Origin: Treponemataceae bacterium
GTDB taxonomy: Bacteria; Spirochaetota; Spirochaetia; Treponematales; Rectinemataceae
Direction of reading: 5' to 3'
Length of the DNA stretch: 64,000 nt
Assembly: GCA_963667725.2 (NCBI GenBank)
Contig: CAXXHO010000005.1
Coordinates: forward strand, 736,001-800,000
Under the pieces are notes generated by a model that did no database searches, was not told where the DNA came from, and saw only the letters and a list, made by a program, of their open reading frames with translations. Shown here in pieces: positions 9,064 through 18,152 of the stretch. Position numbers and translations under genes: made by a program. Within the stretch, counting starts at the first letter, position 1. Every line of letters begins with the position of its first letter.

Positions 9064-9187
9064 GACAGGATAACAGGAGAAGCAGGATTTACGGAAGAAA
9101 GATTTAGGTAAAGAGAAGATAAGAAGGAAAGAGGATTCTTTAATAAAAGCTTATTCCTGTAGGTCCTGACGGTCCTGTTATCCTGTC
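9064..9187. repeat. CAGGA hairpin repeat R4 (124-bp subtype)
   Basis: Perfect 15-bp TIR; core AGAGAAGATAAGAAGGAAAGAGGATTCTTTAATAAAAGCTT. Confidence 0.95.
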
Positions 9188-9257
9188 TAAAAGTTAAAAA
9201 ACAGGGTTTGATCCCGAATCCGCGAAGTGGTGGCTTTGTGCCACCTTGTCTCGGACT

Positions 9258-10508
9258 TCAACCTAACAGGTAAGCGACATGCACAGCGGTTATGTTGTGC
9301 GCAATTTCTTTCGTATCGGGATCGTTTGAGAGAATGAAACTGTGAAGAAGGGGCTTGTCGAGAAAAGCGTCCAAACCTTTGAGATGACGCGCATCGACCG
9401 CGGCAACCCGAGAAGAAAGCTTTATTTCGAAAGCGAGATATCCCTGCGGCAACTCGATGAGGAGATCCACCTCCCGCCCATCCACCGTTCTCAAGTAGTA
9501 GAAACGCGCATCGGAAAAACTACAGCGTGCCTGCTTGTACAGTTCAGAGACAACAAGACTTTCAAACTCGAAACCCGTGAGACCGCCTCGCTTCCGCGCT
9601 ACCGCCTGTAAAACACCATTATCGAGACAATGGATCTTCGGAGCCTTGACCAGCCGCTTGTTTTCATTTCCGAACCAAGCGGGAAGAACAAGCGCCTGAT
9701 AACTCAACTCAAGATACCGAAGGTACCGTTGTACCGTTTTTACCGATACGCCTACCTCTCGCGCTATCGTTGAACTATTCAAAATCGTGCCCGTCTGCAA
9801 TGCTACATACTGCTGAAGCTTGACGAATGGCTCGAGGTCCCTGAACGAAGCCAGGTCCCTGACATCCCGTTCCAGATAGGTTCGGACATACTGCGTGAGC
9901 CAGTGAAAGCGATCCTCGTCGGAGAGGCTTGGATCGGTGAGCGCCGGATAGCCTCCGAACCGGATATAGTGATCCCAGGCTTTCTGTTTAATCGCCTGTC
10001 GCTTGTCGAAAAGAAAACTTGGCAGAAGAGGCGGAATAGTGTCGGGGGCAGAAAGACAGGCTTGAAAAATGGAATCTGGCACAGGATCATCCCATCCTCC
10101 GGTTTCGAGCTCAGGGACGGTCAAGGGCAAGAGATCGATTATCGTGCAGCGTCCGGCAAGGCTTTCTTTCACCTTTTCGAGAAGCAACAACTGGCTTGAC
10201 CCTAAAAGCACGTAACGCGGTTCCTGCCATTGGTCATAGACTGATTTTACACTCTCAATGAGACGAGGCTCCTTCTGAACCTCATCCAAAATCGCCAAAG
10301 GATACAGCGTGTTCCACTGCGCGGCGGTTAACCGGGCATACTGGACACGAAGGACCGGATCCTCAATCGACAAATATTCATAGCCTGGGAAGAGCATACG
10401 CGCCAGGGTAGACTTGCCAGTCTGCCGGGCTCCCGTGAAGACCATTATCCGGCCACCGGGCTTTTGGGATTGCTCCCTGATATAGTCGGCTATCTTACGA
10501 TTCTTCAT
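9258..10508 (-). CDS. AAA+ ATPase (AAA_14) with C-terminal DUF4143-type PD-(D/E)XK domain, copy 1
   Basis: Walker A GARQTGKS, Walker B ILDEVQ, LGSS, GGYP, YLERD, EVDL...FEIK. Confidence 0.9.
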   Translation of the reverse strand: MKNRKIADYIREQSQKPGGRIMVFTGARQTGKSTLARMLFPGYEYLSIEDPVLRVQYARLTAAQWNTLYPLAILDEVQKEPRLIESVKSVYDQWQEPRYVLLGSSQLLLLEKVKESLAGRCTIIDLLPLTVPELETGGWDDPVPDSIFQACLSAPDTIPPLLPSFLFDKRQAIKQKAWDHYIRFGGYPALTDPSLSDEDRFHWLTQYVRTYLERDVRDLASFRDLEPFVKLQQYVALQTGTILNSSTIAREVGVSVKTVQRYLRYLELSYQALVLPAWFGNENKRLVKAPKIHCLDNGVLQAVARKRGGLTGFEFESLVVSELYKQARCSFSDARFYYLRTVDGREVDLLIELPQGYLAFEIKLSSRVAAVDARHLKGLDAFLDKPLLHSFILSNDPDTKEIAHNITAVHVAYLLG

Positions 10509-10568
10509 ACCAATAGTTTCGTATATTTCGGACTTGATGTCCAGTATATGGCGTATTTTTAGGATATA

Positions 10569-10693
10569 GACAGGATAACAAGATGGGGCAGGATTTACGG
10601 AAGAAGGATTTAGGTAAAGAGAAGATAAGAAGGAAAGGGGATTCTTTAATAAAAGCTTTTTCCTGTCGGTCCTGGGGGTCCTGTTATCCTGTC
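10569..10693. repeat. CAGGA hairpin repeat R5 (124-bp subtype)
   Basis: GACAGGATAACAAGA...GTCCTGTTATCCTGTC, same core as R4. Confidence 0.95.
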
Positions 10694-10697
10694 TTAT

Positions 10698-11906
10698 TTA
10701 CTCAAGACACAGCAGGAACTGCCTGATGTTCATATGACGTATGCCATTCCTGCTCCGATCCACCTCGTCCATCGTCACCACGTATTTTGGATAGTTGTCG
10801 GGAATCGTTTCCAGCACGGAAAATTCCCTTTCGATAGTGTCATCGCTTGCCAGAAGGTAGGCTACCTGCACGTACAGCTTTTCGTTTCCTTTTTTTGCCG
10901 AAAAATCCACCTCGGCTTGAGCGCTTTTCCCTATCGTCACTTCATAGCCATTCCTGAGCAGTTCCATATAGACGATATTTTCCAGGGTCTGATTGATATC
11001 TCTCTGGTTATTGCCGTAGAGGGCTTCGCGTATGCCATGATCGGTCAGGTAGATTTTTTCCTGAAAACTCAAAAGTCTCTTGCCGATCAAATCCTCTCTG
11101 GGCACGAGGTGAAGCAGGCAGGCTTCCTGGCAATAACGGATATAGTTATAGAGCGTTTCGCTCGACAGACTTCGTTTTTCGTTTTTAAGGTACTGAACTA
11201 CCGAAGCGGACGAGAAGGTGTTCCCGACATTGGCGATGAAAAATAGTATCAGGCGCTTCAGCTGGTCGATATCGCGAATTCTGTTTCGCTGCGCGATGTC
11301 CTTGAGGATTATGGAATCGAAGATGTCGCTTAAATATTGCCGCGCCGATGCCGCGTCGAAAGAATGCCGATATAGAAATGGCATTCCGCCCATGACAAGA
11401 TAGCGCGTAAAGACATCAGCCTGGTCTATGGGCATCTTTTCTTCCTCGTAACAGTCCAGTACCTCCCTGAAGGAAAAAGGATATACCTTGATCTCGACAT
11501 ACCTGCCCCCCAGGTAGGTGGCCAACTCGCCGGACAGCATCTTCGCGTTTGAGCCGGTGATGAATATGTCGATATCGAAATCGATCATGCAGGAGTTGAC
11601 GAGCTTTTCCCACCCTTCAAGCTCCTGGACCTCATCCAGGAACAGATATAGCTTCCCTTTTTTGCCTTCCGCCGATGCTTTGATATGGGAATAGGTCAAA
11701 TCGCGGCTTCCAACGTAAGGCTCGACATTGGATTCAAAATTAATGGAAAGCATCCGCGACGGGTCTATACCTTTTTGCAAAAGGTCTTGCCGAATGAGTT
11801 CCAGCAAGACGGTTTTGCCGCATCGTCGCATCCCCGTAAGCACTTTTACGACAGGGGTGTCGATAAAGGGACGAATTTTCTTCAGGTAGGTTTCTCTTCG
11901 TATCAT
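10698..11906 (-). CDS. AAA_14/DUF4143-type ATPase, copy 2
   Basis: Start re-called at MIRRETY. GMRRCGKT, FLDEVQ, TGSNA, GGMP, LENIVY, EVDF...YVQV. Confidence 0.9.
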   Translation of the reverse strand: MIRRETYLKKIRPFIDTPVVKVLTGMRRCGKTVLLELIRQDLLQKGIDPSRMLSINFESNVEPYVGSRDLTYSHIKASAEGKKGKLYLFLDEVQELEGWEKLVNSCMIDFDIDIFITGSNAKMLSGELATYLGGRYVEIKVYPFSFREVLDCYEEEKMPIDQADVFTRYLVMGGMPFLYRHSFDAASARQYLSDIFDSIILKDIAQRNRIRDIDQLKRLILFFIANVGNTFSSASVVQYLKNEKRSLSSETLYNYIRYCQEACLLHLVPREDLIGKRLLSFQEKIYLTDHGIREALYGNNQRDINQTLENIVYMELLRNGYEVTIGKSAQAEVDFSAKKGNEKLYVQVAYLLASDDTIEREFSVLETIPDNYPKYVVTMDEVDRSRNGIRHMNIRQFLLCLE

Positions 11907-11913
11907 ATGGTGA

Positions 11914-11942
11914 AGTATAAACCGACTATATCGAAAATGCAA
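11914..11942 (-). promoter_or_regulatory. Sigma70 promoter, probably leaderless transcript
   Basis: TTGCAT-N17-TATACT-N7-ATG. Confidence 0.65.
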
Positions 11943-11983
11943 TGGGATTAATGATATAGATTTCGTTATATCGAAATATATAG

Positions 11984-12143
11984 GACAGGATAACAGGATG
12001 GGGCAGGATTTACGGGAGAAGGATTTAGGTAACAAGATATACGCTCTTTTCTTATCTCTTTACCATATCGTATTCTTTCTTCTCTTCTCTTCTCTTTCCC
12101 AAAAACTCTTTCCTGTTAGTCCTGCTGGTCCTGTTATCCTGTC
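11984..12143. repeat. CAGGA hairpin repeat R6 (160-bp subtype)
   Basis: Perfect 15-bp TIR; long CT-rich core; near-identical to R7. Confidence 0.95.
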
Positions 12144-12154
12144 CTATTTTATGT

Positions 12155-13336
12155 TTAATAAGCAAAGCCCAAAAGCCATAGAGGAATTGCCTTCCCGGCG
12201 GGATAGTCCATATCGTCGCGGATTACGAAGTCGGCCTGTTTAAAATTTTTTGAATGTCCGCCCACCTCTATCCTGTATTTCCTCGTCCCTCCAGAACCTG
12301 CCGCCTCGGAGATTACGAAATCGGCTTCCGTTTCATTCCTTGCGGCTTCGACCTTCCATCCCGCGCCGGAGCAGAGCGCGGTAACCAAGGCTTCGCGCGC
12401 GGTTCCCCTGTCCCCATTCAGCGCCGAATACAAGGCCGGATCGGAGAAGAACATTTTCTCGCCGACAGATTTCGCCTTCGTGTCGTTTTCGACGCGAACG
12501 ATACGGAGCACCCCCACGGATTCCATGACCTCCAGCAGCTGATAAAGCTTGTCGCTGCCGACACCCCAGTCGGCGCAGAGCGATCTCACCTGGAGACGCG
12601 GAATGGCTGCGTTTCCCAGCGTGCCCACAATCGCCTTCATAAGGCGGAGATTGCCATCGGTGATCCCCGGGAGGAAAAAAGGCACATCCGAATAGAGTGT
12701 CTTATCCAGAACGGCAAGGAGTCGATCCTGAAAGTCTCCCTCGCCGTAGAAAGGCCGGGTGCCTATGCGACGGTACTTCTGGAAAGCGTCGAGCAGGGCT
12801 GGCGTCGGCGCCAATGGAAGCGCTTGAGCTGGCGAAAAAGGATCTAGTCGTGGATAAAGAATCCCTGTCTCCAAAGACAGGAATTCCCTGAATGAAAGAA
12901 GAGGCATCTGGATCGGCAGGTAGCGACGGGAAAGATCTCCCACGGCGCTTCGCAGCACGAGCGAAGAAGAATCGCTAATCCAGATCGAATGCGAAGGGAA
13001 GTCATCATACAATGCCTTGACGTGAAGGCTCCACTCTTTCGCGAAATGGACTTCATCGATGATGACGCCTTCATAGCCGATTAAAAAAATGCCTTTAACG
13101 AGATCATAGAGGCTAATCCCCGCGATGATGGGATTGTCCGCCGAAAGGTAGAGAATTCGCTTTTTATTGATATGGTACAGCAGAAACGTGGTTTTACCGA
13201 CGCCTCTGGGGCCCGTGAGCACCACCGCGCGGGGAAGCGGGGGCTGCTCCACCGTGAAGGGTCGCATCACCGCAGGCATGGCCGCGTGGCGCCGCTGCAT
13301 GGCTGTCTCCAAGTCCACGACATATTTATTGTCCAT
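12155..13336 (-). CDS. AAA_14-type ATPase with C-terminal nuclease-like domain, copy 3
   Basis: Start re-called at MDNKY. GPRGVGKT, IIDEVH, EADF...IEVGG, IPLWLLGF. Confidence 0.88.
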   Translation of the reverse strand: MDNKYVVDLETAMQRRHAAMPAVMRPFTVEQPPLPRAVVLTGPRGVGKTTFLLYHINKKRILYLSADNPIIAGISLYDLVKGIFLIGYEGVIIDEVHFAKEWSLHVKALYDDFPSHSIWISDSSSLVLRSAVGDLSRRYLPIQMPLLSFREFLSLETGILYPRLDPFSPAQALPLAPTPALLDAFQKYRRIGTRPFYGEGDFQDRLLAVLDKTLYSDVPFFLPGITDGNLRLMKAIVGTLGNAAIPRLQVRSLCADWGVGSDKLYQLLEVMESVGVLRIVRVENDTKAKSVGEKMFFSDPALYSALNGDRGTAREALVTALCSGAGWKVEAARNETEADFVISEAAGSGGTRKYRIEVGGHSKNFKQADFVIRDDMDYPAGKAIPLWLLGFAY

Positions 13337-13342
13337 AGCTGA

Positions 13343-13371
13343 AGCATACAGCAATATCGTTCTTACGACAA
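13343..13371 (-). promoter_or_regulatory. Sigma70 promoter, probably leaderless transcript
   Basis: TTGTCG-N17-TATGCT-N6-ATG. Confidence 0.55.
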
Positions 13372-13417
13372 GTACATATTATAATATTTGTACCTGCTGT
13401 GGATACGTTACCAATAA

Positions 13418-13577
13418 GACAGGATAACAGGATGGGGCAGGATTTACGGGAGAAGGATTTAGGTAAAAAGATATACGCTCTTTTCTTATCTCTTTACCAT
13501 ATCGTATTCTTTCTTCTCTTCTCTTCTCTTTACCAAAAACTCTTTCCTGTAGGTCCTGCTGGTCCTGTTATCCTGTC
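13418..13577. repeat. CAGGA hairpin repeat R7 (160-bp subtype)
   Basis: About 4 mismatches to R6 by eye. Confidence 0.95.
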
Positions 13578-14425
13578 TTTATTGCTATTCCCCGAATACC
13601 CGATTCGACCAGGTAAAGAGGTAGGGAAATGAGCGTGAAGGGCTTGCTCGATTTGCCCGCGATCGCGGTACTGGTAGATAGAATGGAAGGCAAGTCCGTA
13701 TTGAACCTGAGGGCTAGGTCAACCTCTTTTTCCTGGACGAACATATGAAGCGACCTGAGACGCCCCGTGGCTCCGGCTTTTACTTCCACGGGCAGAACTC
13801 GGTTTTCTTTTTGAATGAGAAAATCCACCTCCGCCGTTGAACCTTTGGCGGGGCGATTCCAATAGTAAAGATGAGGTTCGGCATACCCAGGCTGAGCATA
13901 CAGAAGATGCTGACCGATAAACTGCTCCGCGAAAGCCCCGGAGTTCACCATCGCGAAGTTTTCCGCCTGGCCTAGCTCTTGGGGTTTCAGTCCTGATAAC
14001 GACAAGGCCAATCCGATGTCCAGAAACAGCAGCTTGAAAGAACTTGCTTCCGCTTCCGCGCCCAAGGGAAGTCCGTTGCCGTGGCTGTGCATGACTGGAT
14101 AGATTAGTCGGGCTTTTTGCAGCAGATCCAGGCATTCTTTTATTTCCCGTGACTTTACTTGGCGGTTCAACGCCGAGTATTTGATCGTTTTTCCAAGTTG
14201 ACCGGGTATTTTTATAAAAAGATCCTGCGGAAGCCCGATATTGGCCCTTTTCTTGTACTTGCCGAAGTCGAGAAAAAAAGTCTGCAGAATGGCGTTTTGC
14301 TCCTGCCACGCCCTTGAAACATCCAGACCCGACTCGATATAGTCCTTCAACTCGGCCTTACCGGGGGTTTCGTCAAAGTTGGTCTCAACGTAGGTTTCGA
14401 ATTCCCGCGCGGCGAATATGCGCAA
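13568..14425 (-). pseudogene. AAA_14/DUF4143-type ATPase, copy 4, deleted
   Basis: Close paralogue of copy 6 but lacks the Walker A N-terminus and about 140 internal residues including Walker B; retains EVDF...PVEVK; stop codon lies inside R7. Confidence 0.85.
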
Positions 14426-14478
14426 TGGCTATTGTATACTAAATTTTTGTCCACTTTTGTATATTTTTATAGGTTTAG

Positions 14479-14602
14479 GACAGGATAACAGGAGAAGCAG
14501 GATTTACGGGAAATGGATTTAGGTAAAGAGAAGATAAGAAGGAAAGAGGATTCTTTACTAAAAGCTTTTTCCTGTAGATCCTGAGGGTCCTGTTATCCTG
14601 TC
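14479..14602. repeat. CAGGA hairpin repeat R8 (124-bp subtype)
   Basis: Perfect 15-bp TIR; overlapped by the 3' end of copy 5. Confidence 0.95.
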
Positions 14603-15889
14603 GAGTATAGAAAGCGCATAGAGAGGAATGTTTGTCAGCCAGCGCTCTTCACGGTACGCGGAGAGCGAGGTTCTGAAGCAGCGTGGAGGAGAAAACTTTT
14701 CATTATAGACCCGAAGGCTCTTGGCCTGCAGGTTTTCGGCAGCCTTCACCTCAAGTGGATAGATGGAATCTTGGCCTTGGATCAGGAAGTCGACCTCAGC
14801 CCTCGAAGTGTCGCTGGACCAGTATGAAGCGTCCATTTCTTCCATAAGGCGTAATTCCTGCGCGACATATTGTTCGGTCAGCGCTCCCTTGAATTCTTCA
14901 AAAAGAGCGTTCCCATGCAATACCGTTTGTATCGGCAGGCCAGAATGTGCCGCCAACAGCCCGATATCAAGCATGTAAAGCTTGAACGCGTTGAGTTCCT
15001 GATATGCCTTAAGAGGGAGCCCCGGTTTCGATACTCTAAAGGTTTTGCGCGATAATCCCGCATCGCAAAGCCACTCGATCGCGCTTTCGTATTCTCTTGC
15101 CCTGGCGCCTTCACGAATGAGACCGTACATGAACTTTTTCTGCTCCCGCGCCAATTGAGCCGGCAAGGAATTCCACACCGCCCGAATTCGAGGAACCGTG
15201 TCCGATTTCGCATATTTGGAAAAATCCCGTTCATAAGCTTCAAGCAGTTCTTTCTGGAAGGTACGAACCTGGCCAAGATCCTTCGTCGCCACAAAGGTTG
15301 CCACGCTTTCCGGCATGCCGCCAACGCAATAGTAATATCGCAGGAATTCGATCAGTTTCTCCCTGAACGCATCGATCATCGGCCAATCACTTGATGAAAC
15401 GAGATCCGCCAGCGCGGATTCGCCAATGGCTTTTAAAAATTCCAAGAAAGAAAGAGGATAAAGGTTTAAAAAGTCGACTTTGCCCACGGGAAAAGAATTC
15501 TCCGCATGCAACGAGATTCCCAAGAGCGATCCTGCCGCCACAAGATGATACTGGGGAGCATTCTCATAAAAATACTTGAGCGACGTGAGCGCCTTTGGGT
15601 TTTCCTGGACTTCATCGAAGATGATGAGCGTCTTTTCGGGTTCAATAGGCAGGCCGGTCTCAATACGCAAGCCCATGAGTAGACGCTCAGGATCCACGTT
15701 GGATGAAAAAAGCGTCGCCATTCGCTCATTGGACTCAAAATTTATATAGGCGACGTTTTGGTATGCCCTTTTGCCGAATTCTTTCAGCAGCCATGTTTTG
15801 CCGACTTGGCGGGCACCGTTTAGAACGAGAGGCTTTCTGCGCTTATCGCTTCGCCACGCCAGCAAGTCAGCAAGGGCTTTTCTTTCCAT
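14558..15889 (-). CDS. AAA_14/DUF4143-type ATPase, copy 5
   Basis: Start re-called at MERKAL. GARQVGKT, IFDEVQ, AAGSLLG, GGMPE, EVDF...LEVK. Last residues DRITGPSGSTGKSF are encoded by R8. Confidence 0.92.
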   Translation of the reverse strand: MERKALADLLAWRSDKRRKPLVLNGARQVGKTWLLKEFGKRAYQNVAYINFESNERMATLFSSNVDPERLLMGLRIETGLPIEPEKTLIIFDEVQENPKALTSLKYFYENAPQYHLVAAGSLLGISLHAENSFPVGKVDFLNLYPLSFLEFLKAIGESALADLVSSSDWPMIDAFREKLIEFLRYYYCVGGMPESVATFVATKDLGQVRTFQKELLEAYERDFSKYAKSDTVPRIRAVWNSLPAQLAREQKKFMYGLIREGARAREYESAIEWLCDAGLSRKTFRVSKPGLPLKAYQELNAFKLYMLDIGLLAAHSGLPIQTVLHGNALFEEFKGALTEQYVAQELRLMEEMDASYWSSDTSRAEVDFLIQGQDSIYPLEVKAAENLQAKSLRVYNEKFSPPRCFRTSLSAYREERWLTNIPLYALSILDRITGPSGSTGKSF

Positions 15890-15896
15890 AGATACA

Positions 15897-15925
15897 AGTG
15901 TATTCGTTGTCATCACAAAAGTGAA
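15897..15925 (-). promoter_or_regulatory. Sigma70 promoter, probably leaderless transcript
   Basis: TTCACT-N17-TACACT-N7-ATG. Confidence 0.55.
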
Positions 15926-15985
15926 GCCTGTTTTGTGCAGTATAATCACATAAGTCTTACAAGTTTTGTGTTTGTCTCGCTAAGA

Positions 15986-16102
15986 GACAGGATAACAGGA
16001 TGGGGCAGGATTAACGGGAGAAGGATTTAGGTAAAGAGAAGAGAATTCAATTCTTTACCTATAGCTTTTTCCTGTCGGTCCTGAAGGTCCTGTTATCCTG
16101 TC
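15986..16102. repeat. CAGGA hairpin repeat R9 (117 bp)
   Basis: Perfect 15-bp TIR; core resembles R2. Confidence 0.95.
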
Positions 16103-16108
16103 CAAAAG

Positions 16109-17519
16109 TTAACAAATGGGGTCCGACCCCGGCCGCAGGAGCCTTTCGGCTTGTTCCACGAGGTATAAGGGGAGTGAGAGAAGCTTAAAGGGCTGAGGTT
16201 TTTTCCCCGCGATCGATGTTGTGGACTCAAGGCATGAAGGCAGATCGTCATTGAAGCGCAAACCCAAGGAAGCGTTCTTCTCCTGTATGAACACCTGGAG
16301 CGACCTGAGCCGGCCCGTCTTGCCTGCCTTGACTTCGACAGGAACGGCAAGGCTTCCCGCCTGGATGAGATAATCCACCTCGGCGGTGGAACCCTTGCTC
16401 TGTCGGTTCCAGTAAAAAAGGGAAGGCTCGTGATAGAACCCATTCCGATACAGAAGATGCTGGCCGATGAACTGCTCCGCCATGGCGCCGGAATTGACAA
16501 GCGTCATATCCTTATCACGCGGTAAGTCGGCCGCGTTCAGACCGAGAAAAGACGCCAGGAGACCAATATCCAGAAAAACCAGCTTAAAGGAGGAAGGATG
16601 GATTTCGGCGCCAAGGGGAATCCCATTTCCATCTGAATGAAAAACCCTAAACACGAGGCGCGCCTTCTCTAATAGATCAAGACTCTCTCTCACCTGGATC
16701 GACCGAGCGAGAGGATTGAGACTCGAGTATTTCGCCGTCTTGCCAATCGTCGCGGGAATGTTCTTGAAGACCGCCTGCAGCATCGGTACATCGACCTTTC
16801 GCTTATATTTGCTGAAATCGGCATAATAGGTGAGCAAAAGGCTACTCTGCGCGCGTGCCGCGGCTTTCATGTCGAGATCCGATTCTATGAAAGCCTTGAC
16901 AACCCCCGGCAAGCCCCCTACCAGGAAATATTCCCTCAAGAAGGCTCGCGCCTTGGCATGAAGCGCTTCGGGCAGGCTTTGAGAAATTCGATACATGGAA
17001 AGATACTCACGCAACTGTTCCTGCCCGCGAGCCAGGAGAAATTCCTCGAAACTCATTGGCCCCAGATACATGAACTCGATTCTTCCGACGGGAACGGAGT
17101 ATTCCGGCGCGCCGAGAGAGAAATCCAAGAGGGAGCCAGCGGCGATAACATGGAGTTCCGGCATCTTTTCGTAAAAATAGCGGAGCTTGGCCAGTACGGC
17201 GGGCGCTCCTTGAATTTCATCGAGGAAGAGAAGGGTTTCCCCCGGGACAATCTTCTTTGAAGCATCGGCTTCGATAAGCCGCACGATGGTCCGGACATCA
17301 GGCTCGTCGAAAAGGCTCGCCTTCTCGGGATTTTCATCGAAATTGATCTCCACGATCGAATCGAATGCCTGTCGCGCGAAAATCCGCACGAGTTCCGTTT
17401 TTCCGACCTGCCGCGCGCCGCGTATGACGAGAGGTTTTCTGTCTCAGGCGCCAGGCGCCAGGTTTTCTGTCGGGTCTCAGGCGCCACTGCGCGAGGAAAT
17501 CGAGAGCAAAGCGTTTCAT
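16109..17519 (-). pseudogene. AAA_14/DUF4143-type ATPase, copy 6, frameshifted
   Basis: MKRFALDFLAQWRLRPDRKP joins LVIRGARQVGKT once a 28-bp imperfect local duplication (17432-17459) is removed, restoring 460 aa with FLDEIQ, GGLP, EVDY...PVEVK. Confidence 0.88.
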
Positions 17520-17526
17520 AATGTTG

Positions 17527-17555
17527 ATTATACAATATTTACCTAGTATTTTCAA
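17527..17555 (-). promoter_or_regulatory. Sigma70 promoter, probably leaderless transcript
   Basis: TTGAAA-N17-TATAAT-N7-ATG. Confidence 0.75.
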
Positions 17556-17588
17556 CAATTATTGCTATTATTATAGGATATAATAGCA

Positions 17589-17712
17589 GACAGGATAACA
17601 GGAGAAGCAGGATTTACGGAAATAGGATTTAGGTAAAGAGAAGATAAGAAAGAAAGGGAATTCTTTAATAAATGCTTTTTCCTGTAGGTCCTGGGGGTCC
17701 TGTTATCCTGTC
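17589..17712. repeat. CAGGA hairpin repeat R10 (124-bp subtype)
   Basis: Perfect 15-bp TIR; ends 6 bp from the GxxExxY stop codon. Confidence 0.95.
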
Positions 17713-17718
17713 CTATCG

Positions 17719-18111
17719 CTAGGGCGCCTTCTTGGGCGCGGGGGCATAGTCCCTATACTTGCGTTTGAAGTTTATGTCCTGGGGCCCGAAGTTGATGATG
17801 AGGCCCGTGGGCGTATTGGTGGCTTTTAAGTAATTCACGAGCTGTATCTCATGGACTTTATTGATGGCTTCCACAGCCTTGAGTTCCAGGATGACCTGAC
17901 CATTAACGATAACGTCGGCAAAGAAAAAACCGATCATCGATCCTTCGTAATACACCTCGATCGGCGCTTCGATGATGAAGGGCAGCTTGGCTTTATGCAG
18001 TTCTATGGCCATCGCCTGCTTATAGACCGATTCCAGGAAGCCCGCGCCGAGGGTGTTGTATACCGTAAAGGCACAACCGATGATTTTTTCCGTGAGGGGA
18101 TCTTCCACCAT
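17719..18111 (-). CDS. GxxExxY protein (PD-(D/E)XK nuclease superfamily)
   Basis: 130 aa; LGAGFLESVY motif, ADVIV...ILELKA, QLVNYLKAT...GLIINFG. Confidence 0.95.
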   Translation of the reverse strand: MVEDPLTEKIIGCAFTVYNTLGAGFLESVYKQAMAIELHKAKLPFIIEAPIEVYYEGSMIGFFFADVIVNGQVILELKAVEAINKVHEIQLVNYLKATNTPTGLIINFGPQDINFKRKYRDYAPAPKKAP

Positions 18112-18152
18112 ACCTTTATCGCGCGCGGGGTGGGGGCTTTTGATTCAATGTG

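Noticed and set aside
11907..12035. N-terminal extension of ATPase copy 2 (likewise mtnA to 20991)
   Set aside because: The extension runs through promoter and repeat DNA; better starts exist at 11906 and 20850.
11998..13632. Twin small ORFs starting MGQDLREKDLG (11998, 13399) and similar ones at 18116 and 48379
   Set aside because: They are translations of the repeat itself, with low-complexity F/L/S content.
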